From the IMG/VR virus record IMGVR_UViG_2698536480_000003: a DNA stretch of 16,051 bases; one strand, written 5' to 3'. Each line of letters starts with the position of its first letter. Position 1 is the stretch's first letter. The position numbers were made by a program, and so were the translations under genes. This stretch comes from a virus. Its lineage: Duplodnaviria; Heunggongvirae; Uroviricota; Caudoviricetes. The notes below the pieces were generated by a model. It saw only the letters and a list, made by a program, of their open reading frames with translations, was not told the origin of the DNA and did not search any database. Shown one piece after another: positions 1 to 8,679 of this stretch.

Positions 1-144
1 TTTTATGACGGCGGCAGAATCATAAAGCACCTCATTACCCTTGCCACCGCCTCGCAGAACGGGCATTCCCTGTTCCTGCCAGTTCTGAATGGTACGGATA
101 CTCGCACCGAAAATGTCAGCCAGCTGCTTTTTGTTGACTTCCAT
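1..144 (-). CDS. nohA: Terminase small subunit (lambda Nu1-like), N-terminal 48 codons only; the gene continues past the window start
   Basis: Minus-strand translation from ATG at 144..142 gives MEVNKKQLADIFGASIRTIQNWQEQGMPVLRGGGKGNEVLYDSAAVIK, recognised from memory as the lambda Nu1 N-terminus. The track ORF 3..209 is in a different frame and is not this gene. Confidence 0.85.
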   Translation of the reverse strand, partial: MEVNKKQLADIFGASIRTIQNWQEQGMPVLRGGGKGNEVLYDSAAVIK

Positions 145-321
145 TGTTCATTCCACGGACAAAAACAGAGAAAGGAAACGACAAAGGCCAAAAAGCCCGC
201 TTTCAGCACCTGTCGTTTCCTTTCTTTTCAGGGGGTATTTTAAATAAAAACATTAAGTTACGACGAAGAAGAACGGAAACACCTTAAACCGGAAAATTTT
301 CATAAATAGCGAAAACCCGCG

Positions 322-333
322 AGGTCGCCGCCC
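322..333. other. cos cohesive-end site (cosN core aggtcgccgccc, reverse complement of the lambda GGGCGGCGACCT end), flanked by cosB-like sequence toward Nu1 and right-end/cosQ-like sequence toward 540
   Basis: The reverse complement of about 145-340 matches the remembered first ~190 nt of the lambda genome, and 334-537 matches the remembered last ~200 nt of lambda in reverse complement. Confidence 0.8.
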
Positions 334-532
334 CGTAACCTGTCGGATCACCGGAAAGGACCCGTAAAGTGATAATGATTATCATTTACATATCACAACG
401 TGCGTGGAGGCCATCAAACCACGTCAAATAATCAATTATGACGCAGGTATCGTATTAATTGATCTGCATCAACTTAACGTAAAAACAACTTCAGACAATA
501 CAAATCAGCGACACTGAATACGGGGCAACCTC

Positions 533-766
533 ATGTCAACGAAGAACAGAACCCGCAGAACAACAACCCGCAACATCCGCTTTCCTAACCAAATGATTGA
601 ACAAATTAACATCGCTCTTGAGCAAAAAGGGTCCGGGAATTTCTCAGCCTGGGTCATTGAAGCCTGCCGCCGGAGACTGTGCTCAGAAAAAAGAGTTTCT
701 TCTGAAGCAAACAAAGAAAAGAGTGACATTACTGAATTGCTCAGAAAACAGGTCAGACCAGATTGA
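533..766 (+). CDS. ynfO: Small basic protein, 77 aa, probably a ribbon-helix-helix-like DNA binder (YnfO family)
   Basis: ATG at 533; N-terminal basic stretch followed by RFPNQMIEQINIALEQ (strand-helix pattern typical of RHH regulators); same position and size as Qin ynfO from memory. Confidence 0.65.
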   Translation: MSTKNRTRRTTTRNIRFPNQMIEQINIALEQKGSGNFSAWVIEACRRRLCSEKRVSSEANKEKSDITELLRKQVRPD

Positions 767-823
767 AGCAATTTAGATAATCGTGCAGACTACGCCCCCT
801 CATATCACATGGAAGGTTTATCT

Positions 824-1240
824 ATGGATCAGGTAGTCATTTTTAAACAAATATTTGATAAAGTTCGAAACGATTTAAACTATCAATGGTTTTATTCTGA
901 GCTAAAACGTCACAATGTCTCACATTACATTTACTATTTAGCCACAGAGAATGTTCATATTGTATTAAAAAATGATAATACAGTGTTATTAAAGGGCCTA
1001 AAAAACATTGTGTCTGTCAAATTTTCAAAGGATAGGCATCTTATAGAAACGACCTCTAATAAGCTGAAATCCAGAGAGATCACATTTCAGGAATACAGAA
1101 GAAACCTTGCTAAAGCAGGAGTTTTCGGTGGGTTACAAATATCCACGAACAAAAAAGATATTACTATACCTTTGATAATTCATTACTATTTACTGAAAGC
1201 ATCCAGAAAACTACACAGATCTTACCACGCTAAACCATAA
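824..1240 (+). CDS. ydfO: DUF1398-family protein (YdfO/YbcV-like), 138 aa from the internal ATG (143 aa from the track start at 809)
   Basis: ORF 809..1240; GGAAGG Shine-Dalgarno 5-6 nt upstream of the ATG at 824 makes that the likelier start; order after ynfO matches Qin. Confidence 0.7.
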
Positions 1241-1384
1241 CGTCCGGCTTCTCTCACTCCTGAGCCGGACTGCATTGGTTTAATAAAAACCATCAACAAT
1301 TGTGATTTAGATATTCGGAACCATTCAAATATAACAAAACCCCGTAAAAACGAGGTTTATGGATAAATTTTATTATTGAATACA

Positions 1385-1558
1385 TCAGATTAAATTAATC
1401 TTGACATCATAGCTTTCAAGACCCGTCATTTTTTCCCGTGCGGTAAACTGAATACTGGTAACTTCTTTCCCGGTCTTTTTCTTAAGTTCAATAATTTTTT
1501 TTGTTATATATTCAGAAATATCTGCTTCTGCTTTTGTTTTTAAGTTTTCAATATTCAT
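1385..1558 (-). CDS. gnsB: GnsB (Gns family, secG-suppressor/unsaturated fatty-acid phenotype), 57 aa
   Basis: Hand translation of the minus strand: (M)MNIENLKTKAEADISEYITKKIIELKKKTGKEVTSIQFTAREKMTGLESYDVKINLI*. AGAGGA Shine-Dalgarno upstream. Absent from the ORF track because it is under 60 aa. Confidence 0.85.
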   Translation of the reverse strand: MNIENLKTKAEADISEYITKKIIELKKKTGKEVTSIQFTAREKMTGLESYDVKINLI

Positions 1559-1729
1559 CATTTCCTCTTTTAGTCTGTTATGACTTTCCAGTTACACAGT
1601 AAGTCGATTATATGGTGCAAACGTGTAAAAGATAAGATGAAACATCGCAATAATCAACATACGATAGTCTAAATTTTACACAAACAGACAAAGAGAATTT
1701 TCCTGAATTATCAATGCAATAGCATCAAA

Positions 1730-1885
1730 TCAACTCAAGAGCCTTATTGCTGCTTCCAGAATTTCTTCTGAAGTAACATGTCGATCCGCGGCTACATAAA
1801 TGACTTTATGATCTCCGGTCAGAGATGGAAACCCTGCGGCCATTACAGTAAGGTGTGTTTTTTCGCCATTTGGATATTCACGCAT
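1730..1885 (-). CDS. ynfN: Small protein YnfN-like, 51 aa (MREYPNGEKTHLTVMAAGFPSLTGDHKVIYVAADRHVTSEEILEAAIRLLS)
   Basis: C-terminal part of track ORF 1730..2002. The track start lies inside the cspI terminator hairpin, so an internal ATG (1885, or 1957 for a 75-aa form) is preferred. Size matches my memory of YnfN; start uncertain. Confidence 0.45.
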   Translation of the reverse strand: MREYPNGEKTHLTVMAAGFPSLTGDHKVIYVAADRHVTSEEILEAAIRLLS

Positions 1886-2002
1886 GATGGTGTTAACTCC
1901 AGTCATCGCTGGCACTACCACTGCTGGTTCAGAGTTAAAAAAAACTATGATTTTTTTCATGATGTTACCGTAGTATGTGAGTATCCATCGAATAGACACC
2001 AA

Positions 2003-2026
2003 GCAAAAAAGCTCCCGAAGGAGCCT
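2003..2026 (-). terminator. Rho-independent terminator downstream of cspI (stem gctcc/ggagc, loop cgaa, followed on the minus strand by a T-run)
   Basis: Hairpin at 2011-2024 with A6 at 2005-2010 on the plus strand, which is a U-run after the hairpin on the minus transcript. Confidence 0.6.
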
Positions 2027-2231
2027 TCATTTTCACTTTTTTAAATCCAACGACAGACGGCTGGCATTTAAGTATTGTGAAATATTATCAAATGTAATCA
2101 TCATTGATTTACAAAAGATACATTTTGCCCCGAAAGGATTCATGTCAGAAACATCAAAAGATGATGTTCTATACTGGGAACCATGACAACACGGGCATCT
2201 AAAGTGAATATGGTTTGTAATATTGTCTACC

Positions 2232-2444
2232 TCAAAGCGCCACTACATGAACAGCGGCAGGACCTTTAGGTCCGTTCTCAATACCAAATTCAACTTCCTG
2301 ATTCTCAGTTAATGTTTTGAAATCGTTGCTCTGAATTGCTGAGAAATGGACAAACACATCTTTGCTGCCATCTTTCGGCGTGATGAAACCAAAACCTTTT
2401 TCAGGGTTAAACCATTTCACTAAACCAGTCATTTTGTTAGACAT
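2232..2444 (-). CDS. cspI: Cold-shock protein CspI (CspA family), 70 aa
   Basis: [70 protein letters not shown] with RNP1/RNP2 motifs; csp-type leader upstream (AAAGGUAAUAAUUAUG). Confidence 0.95.
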   Translation of the reverse strand: MSNKMTGLVKWFNPEKGFGFITPKDGSKDVFVHFSAIQSNDFKTLTENQEVEFGIENGPKGPAAVHVVAL

Positions 2445-2806
2445 AATTATTACCTTTTGAAGAAATTAGCCCTTGGGCAGAATGGTCCGAAAAAAAATAT
2501 CAGAGAGAAAAACCAACAAGGAAATCTCAAGAGGTACAAATAATAAAATTATAACAATGACTGCTTCAGATAAATTTGTAACAAACCAGAACACCATTAA
2601 CGCATGATTAACCACCCATAGCAAGGATTACTTTTGTAAAGAAAAACACAGCAATGAAAGAATAGCTTTATTTATTAATAAAACGTGTCATTCTGATTAA
2701 GACCTTTTATCTTACCCTTAAGATTTCAGGAATTTTGGCTCATGGAAGAGTCCTTTTTATTTAAATTTTACATTCCGCGATGTAAATGTTCCGATTTAAT
2801 ATTACC

Positions 2807-3830
<1,024 letters not shown>

Positions 3831-3834
<4 letters not shown>

Positions 3835-4142
3835 AGATATTTATGATGAGGACGCTCGTGCTTATTGGCAGGATTTTCAATCTTAAAGGAGTACTGATGC
3901 TGCAGATAAGACTCAACTTTTTCTGACAATTTTTCTGCTACTTCCAGGAAGACTTGCCGGACGCTCCTTCTGGCTGCTGCCTCATAAAACTCCAGCGCAG
4001 CTCCTTCAACACGGTCCATGGCGACATCCAGGTCAAAAATTTCACCGTCAAAGCGTTCTTTGTCCTGTAAGGCTACAGTTACCGTAACTTTATTCTCAAA
4101 ATTACGGACTCCTTTCACAACCAGTTCATAGTCTTGAGTCAT
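3831..4142 (-). CDS. ydfR: DUF1327-family protein inside the lysis cassette, 103 aa
   Basis: ORF 3831..4142 with ATG start, sitting between holin and endolysin as in Qin. Confidence 0.75.
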
Positions 4143-4146
4143 TGGA

Positions 4147-4362
4147 TTACTCTCCTCTCGCAGCCTTACGCCTGTCTTCTTTAATCTTGAAATAAAGATT
4201 TGTCAGATACGTCAGCAGGCCAAAAACCAGGCTACCCAGCACACCGATTGCAGCCCACTGTGACGGAGTTACTTTATCGAGTAACTGCAATGCCCAGAAA
4301 CCAGCATTACCCGCCGATGTGCCATAGGCAACACCTGTTGTTAACTTATCCATTGATTTCAT
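4147..4362 (-). CDS. essQ: Class II holin / pinholin (phage 21 S21-like), 71 aa, with MKSM dual-start motif
   Basis: [71 protein letters not shown]: two transmembrane helices and a charged C-terminus. The track ORF extends upstream to 4437 from a non-ATG start. Confidence 0.9.
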   Translation of the reverse strand: MKSMDKLTTGVAYGTSAGNAGFWALQLLDKVTPSQWAAIGVLGSLVFGLLTYLTNLYFKIKEDRRKAARGE

Positions 4363-4581
4363 ATCCTCACCCCGATGTACACGGATGGTGCAATATGTTT
4401 GAAAAGATCGGAGTCTACGGGGTAGTTTTGACAGCACACGTTGTTCTCAACGGCGCTAAAAAAACATACACATTAAAAATGTGGGTAATTATTTTGAAAG
4501 AAAGTCATATATAAAATAATAATACGAGAAATGTTTTCATATTTAGTGTACTGTATACGGCCATTTATACAGGAAAAGCCT

Positions 4582-4752
4582 ATGTCAGAACGTAAAAACT
4601 CAAAATCACGCCGTAATTATCTCGTTAAATGTTCCTGCCCAAACTGCACCCAAGAGTCAGAACACAGTTTTTCAAGAGTACAAAAAGGTGCCCTTTTGAT
4701 CTGCCCTCATTGCAACAAAGTATTCCAGACAAATCTTAAAGCTGTAGCCTGA
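4582..4752 (+). CDS. ynfU: Small zinc-ribbon protein (CxxC...CxxC), 56 aa
   Basis: MSERKNSKSRRNYLVKCSCPNCTQESEHSFSRVQKGALLICPHCNKVFQTNLKAVA; AGGAAA Shine-Dalgarno 5 nt upstream of the ATG at 4582. Symbol is from memory of Qin small proteins and is not certain. Confidence 0.55.
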   Translation: MSERKNSKSRRNYLVKCSCPNCTQESEHSFSRVQKGALLICPHCNKVFQTNLKAVA

Positions 4753-4811
4753 TTGATTTTATTAGTAACAAGTATTTTTTATATTTTAATAATATATTTA
4801 AAGCAGATAAT

Positions 4812-4836
4812 AAAAAACCCGCCTGAGCGGGTTTGA
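4812..4836. terminator. Bidirectional rho-independent terminator (stem aacccgc/gcgggtt, loop ctga) with A-run on one side and T-run on the other
   Basis: Hairpin 4816-4833 preceded by aaaaa and followed by ttt; it can terminate ynfU (+) and the cspB transcript (-). Confidence 0.7.
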
Positions 4837-5115
4837 GATTGTGGTGCTTTTTGTGGGAGTCATCCACTTACGCACTTTGTTTTGCCATGCCAGCAGTTAG
4901 CTTCTGCTGTAAAACTATTCATGCAGCAAACCTGCACTTCACCACAATGGTTAGCATACTTTTCCTGATTAAGATTTTGCCAAATATGCTAGCCATTGTT
5001 TCATGTATTGGACCTCCTTACTTTTTATTAAAGAGATCCAATATTCACTACTCTGTCCGTATCTCTACTCAGGCATCAGCCTTCTTCGTTATCGTATACA
5101 GACGAGCGATGAATT

Positions 5116-5331
5116 TTAATCAGTAATGATGACATTTGCTGCTGCAGGACCTTTAGCACCACTCTCTATAGAGAAGGTAACCTTTTGACCTTCAAATAAG
5201 GTTCGATAATTATCATTCTGAATCGCAGAAAAATGCACAAACACATCTTTACTACCATCAACAGGAGAAATAAAGCCGAAACCTTTATCAGCGTTAAACC
5301 ATTTTACTAAACCAGTCATTTTATTTGACAT
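5116..5331 (-). CDS. cspB: Cold-shock protein CspB (CspA family), 71 aa
   Basis: [71 protein letters not shown]; long leader upstream with cold-box-like and GCCGAAAGGC elements. Confidence 0.95.
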   Translation of the reverse strand: MSNKMTGLVKWFNADKGFGFISPVDGSKDVFVHFSAIQNDNYRTLFEGQKVTFSIESGAKGPAAANVIITD

Positions 5332-5631
5332 TCTACATTCCTTAACTTGAGCCTTTCGGCATAAATGGTTTGCATAACAGAAACGACTTCGTACTTAATT
5401 GGAGAGACTCAAAGAAGGAATAAGTGAATAACACCTGAAATGAGAACTGCTTTAGTAAACTACTTCGTATATCGTCTGTTCTTCAAACCGACGCAATCAT
5501 TAACGCATAGTTGAACATATGAAGCAATGTTTATTTTAGACATCCAGCCATCTTCAACCCCATCAAAAAACTATAGCTTTCTTCAGGAACGTGTGTATAG
5601 TGCGCCAAGTTATCAGTATTAAGGAATTTTT

Positions 5632-5844
5632 TTGTCCCGTAAAATGACAGGAATTGTCAAAACCTTTGACGGCAAAAGCGGCAAGGGTCTTATCACCCCA
5701 TCCGATGGTCGTATCGATGTCCAGCTTCATGTTTCAGCGCTCAATCTCCGCGATGCAGAAGAAATTACCACCGGATTACGCGTGGAATTTTGCCGGATAA
5801 ATGGTCTGCGTGGCCCTTCAGCTGCCAATGTTTACCTTTCATGA
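5632..5844 (+). CDS. cspF: Cold-shock-like protein CspF (CspA family, divergent paralog), 70 aa
   Basis: [70 protein letters not shown]; the first codon is TTG with AAGGAA Shine-Dalgarno 5 nt upstream; divergent from cspB. Confidence 0.9.
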
Positions 5845-5898
5845 GCTATATTAAAGCTTTAATTTCAGGCCCCATCGGATCACACATGGAGAGTTTTT

Positions 5899-5988
5899 AT
5901 GAATAACCCCGTCTGTCTTGATGACTGGTTGATTGGCTTTAAAAGCTTATGCTGTACTTTGGCCGTAATAGCTCTGCTAATAATATAA
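5899..5988 (+). CDS. Candidate 29-aa hydrophobic peptide ([29 protein letters not shown])
   Basis: GGAGAG Shine-Dalgarno at 5888-5893, 5 nt before the ATG; C-terminal transmembrane-like stretch. Not in the ORF track because it is short. Confidence 0.3.
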
Positions 5989-6135
5989 TAAGCAGACTCA
6001 TTGTGTTTAGGGACATTGTACTGGAAGAAAACATTTTAAACATCAGGCAAATAACCAAGTCACCAGCTAAATAATAAGTTAACAGACATGAGTCCCGGGA
6101 TGAGATTCAACATTACCATTGCCCCATTTAAAGCA

Positions 6136-6162
6136 CAAAACCCGCTCATCAGCGGGTTTTCT
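6136..6162. terminator. Bidirectional intrinsic terminator; on the minus strand it is in the position of the lambdoid late terminator tR'
   Basis: Stem aaacccgct/agcgggttt with loop catc at 6138-6159; U-rich tracts follow on both strands. Confidence 0.7.
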
Positions 6163-6205
6163 ACTTTTTCTTAACGTCGGGTATACAAAGCCCATCGTTG
6201 AAAAA

Positions 6206-6234
6206 ATTTTATCCATATTTTTTGAAAAATGCAA
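6206..6234 (-). promoter_or_regulatory. Sigma-70 promoter (TTGCAT-17nt-TAAAAT) immediately downstream of the Q gene: candidate PR'-like late promoter
   Basis: Minus-strand -35 at 6234..6229 and -10 at 6211..6206 with a 17-nt spacer; about 30 nt after the quuQ stop and about 40-60 nt upstream of the terminator hairpin. Confidence 0.55.
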
Positions 6235-6265
6235 ACATCATGTCGCCATCTTCAGCAAAAATCAT

Positions 6266-7018
6266 TTATCTCGTCACCTTCCTCAATTGCGCTTCCGCGT
6301 ATGCTTCTTCCTGCCAGCACTTTGTTACCAGTTTACCAATGACGTCCGCATACCCCTTATACCACTGATAATCGGTCAGGTCTGGTACCAGCTTCTGGAC
6401 ATGACGTCGTGCCAGCGTGGTCGGTAAACGACTAAACCGGTTTCCATTACAACGCCCACAAATCTTATATACCGGTACGCCATGAAACCGGGTTCTTTTT
6501 TCATCCAGAACAATCCCTTTACCCTTACACCCTCTGCACGCTGTGCTGGCTTCGCCCTTACCATGGCAATGCTGACATAGTTCCTTCACCCATTCTTCCT
6601 TGATTACAGATTCCCCGCGTCTGTAGTGTTTCACCACTTCGCGCAATACATTATAAAATCCCGTACCTGAACAATGCTCACAGCGAGCCTTACTTGCCGC
6701 AGACCTGGAGTAATCAGCAAAGGCAAAACTCACGAGGTAAGGAATAATCTGTAACCGGATTTCTTCACTCAATTTGTTCAATGTCGGGTTATCCAGTGCC
6801 ATCGCGTAATTTAGCAGGCCTTCAATCGCAAACTGAGGGTCCTGAACACCAACTTTTGCCAGAAATAAGGCCAACCCAAGTGGTGCTTTCGACTGCACCA
6901 TCCCCTGCGCTGCCATTACATCCGTAATTGTTAAACAACCGGTGCCTGTCGCTGGAGCGTCATCGCTCAATTTTGGAGATTTTGGGGAGTAATATTTTGG
7001 TAAGGCTTCAAGGTTCAT
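6266..7018 (-). CDS. quuQ: Late-gene antiterminator Q (zinc-binding, multiple CxxC motifs), 250 aa
   Basis: MNLEALPKYYSPKSPKL... with CEHCSGTG, CQHCHGKG, CRGCKGKG and CGRCNG motifs. ATG at 7018 is preceded by GGAG; the longer track ORF (7048) starts at TTG and overlaps ydfU. Confidence 0.85.
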   Translation of the reverse strand: MNLEALPKYYSPKSPKLSDDAPATGTGCLTITDVMAAQGMVQSKAPLGLALFLAKVGVQDPQFAIEGLLNYAMALDNPTLNKLSEEIRLQIIPYLVSFAFADYSRSAASKARCEHCSGTGFYNVLREVVKHYRRGESVIKEEWVKELCQHCHGKGEASTACRGCKGKGIVLDEKRTRFHGVPVYKICGRCNGNRFSRLPTTLARRHVQKLVPDLTDYQWYKGYADVIGKLVTKCWQEEAYAEAQLRKVTR

Positions 7019-7031
7019 GCTCGTTCTCCAC

Positions 7032-8081
7032 TTACGCCAGTACGCCAATTGCCAGCGCGCGATCGATAAAACGAAATATCAGCTCCAGTTGAGAGCCATA
7101 CTTATCTTCAAATGCCACTGTATCCGTATGCAGCTCGTTGTGATGCTTTCTGCACAAAGGCAACACAAAGAGATCATGTGCTTTTGTTCCCATTCCGCCC
7201 TGCCCGTGACCAATCAGATGATGCGGATCGTCGGCTGGCATACCGCAGCAAGCACACGGCTGTGTCTTAACCCAACGTGTGTATTTCTCCTTAACCCAGC
7301 GGCGACGTTTAGGCAGCTTCATGAAAGATTCCGGAGACTCTGGATCAACGGTGATGCTTACCACCGTCTTTTCCTGTGGTGATTTTTGTTGCTGGTGGGC
7401 GTAAGGCAACGGTGCAAGATTTTTTGTGCGTTGTTTCAATATGCTGGTGGCGGTCTGCTCTCCCGGTACGATGTCGCTTTCGCGGTACACCGAGCAGATT
7501 TTTTCCGCTGGTAATCCCAGCGAACGACGCGATACAGCCTCAGGTAGTGCATCCACCACCTGATTGCAGACCGCCCACCAGGATAATTCAGCCAAAGATA
7601 ATTCCCGCTCCTGCGTACCGCTTATTGCGTGACGGATGACGTCAATCACCCATGCTGTCAGATTTTGTTGAGCAAGCAGCTCCAGTGATTCCGATGTCTG
7701 GTCACGCAGTTGGTTGTCGCAGTGCCAGCACAACACCATTGCGCCGGTACCATAACGGTGAATGACTGTTTCAGTGTGATGGTAATCGCCATTAGGCCAC
7801 TGGCAGGATGTAACATGACGTAATAGCCAGTCGGACAATGCGCCAACGCCGCCAGCAGCACGAATCACCCGTTCGTTACTAAAAAACGGCAGCAATGTTT
7901 TGTCTTCCGCCAGCGGCTGGCGAACGGCAGGAACGACTCCGGATGGCAGATTACGCATGCTTTTTGGTTCCGGTTCCACCAGCACTCGAGGATTATGAAA
8001 TATCTGTATGGATTCACGGCCCGGCTTAAGGACCACCAGCCCAAGCTCAGGCACCAGAACAGGTCTAAGTAATACCCGCAC
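7032..8081 (-). CDS. ydfU: DUF968-family protein with Cys/His (HNH-like) motif, 349 aa
   Basis: C-terminal CACCGMPADDPHHLIGHGQGGMGTKAHDLFVLPLCRKHHNELH; preferred start is GTG at 8081 with GGAGG 4 nt upstream (the track start at 8120 is also GTG and has no Shine-Dalgarno). Confidence 0.75.
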   Translation of the reverse strand: MRVLLRPVLVPELGLVVLKPGRESIQIFHNPRVLVEPEPKSMRNLPSGVVPAVRQPLAEDKTLLPFFSNERVIRAAGGVGALSDWLLRHVTSCQWPNGDYHHTETVIHRYGTGAMVLCWHCDNQLRDQTSESLELLAQQNLTAWVIDVIRHAISGTQERELSLAELSWWAVCNQVVDALPEAVSRRSLGLPAEKICSVYRESDIVPGEQTATSILKQRTKNLAPLPYAHQQQKSPQEKTVVSITVDPESPESFMKLPKRRRWVKEKYTRWVKTQPCACCGMPADDPHHLIGHGQGGMGTKAHDLFVLPLCRKHHNELHTDTVAFEDKYGSQLELIFRFIDRALAIGVLA

Positions 8082-8082
8082 G

Positions 8083-8361
8083 TTACCTCCAGATCCGTTG
8101 CTGGAAAGTGCGGGACGCACGTGGTGGGCGTTCGGAATAAGGCAGCCTGACAGAGATTATCCAGTGCCGATAGTCGAGACTGAGAGCTTTCTTAACCTCG
8201 AACCCGCGCCTGCGGTAAGAATGAATCAGCCATTCGGCCTGTTCTGCAGTGCATGGAGGGTGCTGGAACCATTCAGACTTGAATGCGTGAGAATACCGCC
8301 CGTGCGTGCAGGCAAGAACGGGCGAATTATCAGAATTGTAATATTTTGCGTTGCGTGCCAT
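8083..8361 (-). CDS. Hypothetical 92-aa Cys/His-containing protein whose stop is one nt from the ydfU start (translational coupling)
   Basis: ATG at 8361 with GGAG 8 nt upstream; stop TAA 8085..8083, then ydfU GTG at 8081. Sequence MARNAKYYNSDNSPVLACTHGRYSHAFKSEWFQHPPCTAEQAEW... Family not recognised. Confidence 0.5.
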   Translation of the reverse strand: MARNAKYYNSDNSPVLACTHGRYSHAFKSEWFQHPPCTAEQAEWLIHSYRRRGFEVKKALSLDYRHWIISVRLPYSERPPRASRTFQQRIWR

Positions 8362-8427
8362 CGGTTTTCTCCGGTGGCACGGTGTTACTCAGCGGGAGTT
8401 CAGCCCCGCGCAAGATTGTAGATGAGT

Positions 8428-8679
8428 TTATTCTCCTGAAAAAGCAGAAAAGCCAGCTTTTATTCCGATCTCTTTCAATGCCTGTAATGAAGTGACAAAC
8501 TCACCTTCGCGCAAGATAAATCCGTCCGTGACCCGAGCATCCACAAAATTAATTAACGCAGCCCCATTCTTTCGCAAACACATAATGCGGTAATGACTAA
8601 CAAGATTTCCATTTTCAACGCACACAGCATAGAGGCCATCTTCACAAAAAATTTTACGCAGTTCTTCGATGTTCATCAT
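8428..8679 (-). CDS. rem: Small protein, 83 aa, likely Rem
   Basis: ORF starts MMNIEELRKIFCEDGLYAVCVENGNLVSHYRIMCLRKNGAALINFVDARVT...; AGGA Shine-Dalgarno upstream; length and position (between ydfU and hokD) fit my memory of Qin rem, but the sequence itself is not verified. Confidence 0.5.
   Translation of the reverse strand: MMNIEELRKIFCEDGLYAVCVENGNLVSHYRIMCLRKNGAALINFVDARVTDGFILREGEFVTSLQALKEIGIKAGFSAFSGE

Noticed and set aside
3-209. Track ORF of 68 aa overlapping the terminase start and cosB
   Set aside because: It is in a different frame from the clear Nu1 N-terminus and runs across the cos region; the Nu1 reading (ATG 144..142) explains the sequence.
505-771. Minus-strand 88-aa ORF antisense to ynfO
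   Set aside because: It exactly shadows the better-supported plus-strand ynfO and has no start context; it also runs into the lambda right-end homology.
1778-2186. Plus-strand ORFs 1778..2044 and 1977..2186
   Set aside because: They are antisense to ynfN and cross the cspI terminator hairpin; low-complexity, Cys/His/Trp-rich translations typical of wrong-frame reads.
4200-4514. Plus-strand 104-aa ORF opposite the holin gene
   Set aside because: Antisense to essQ; no ribosome-binding site; the His/Pro-rich translation looks non-genic.
4833-5126. Plus-strand 97-aa ORF between the terminator and cspB
   Set aside because: Starts inside the terminator hairpin tail, has no Shine-Dalgarno and odd composition; more likely part of the cspB 3' region.
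6119-6564. ORFs 6119..6427 (+) and 6376..6564 (-) overlapping quuQ and the late control region
   Set aside because: Both overlap the strongly supported Q gene in other frames and cross the promoter and terminator.
7017-8495. Plus-strand and alternative-frame ORFs across ydfU and the 92-aa gene (7017..7382, 7376..7639, 7658..7861, 8008..8421, 8283..8495)
   Set aside because: All are shadows of the minus-strand ydfU and 92-aa ORFs, which have coupling and ribosome-binding evidence; several start at non-ATG codons.
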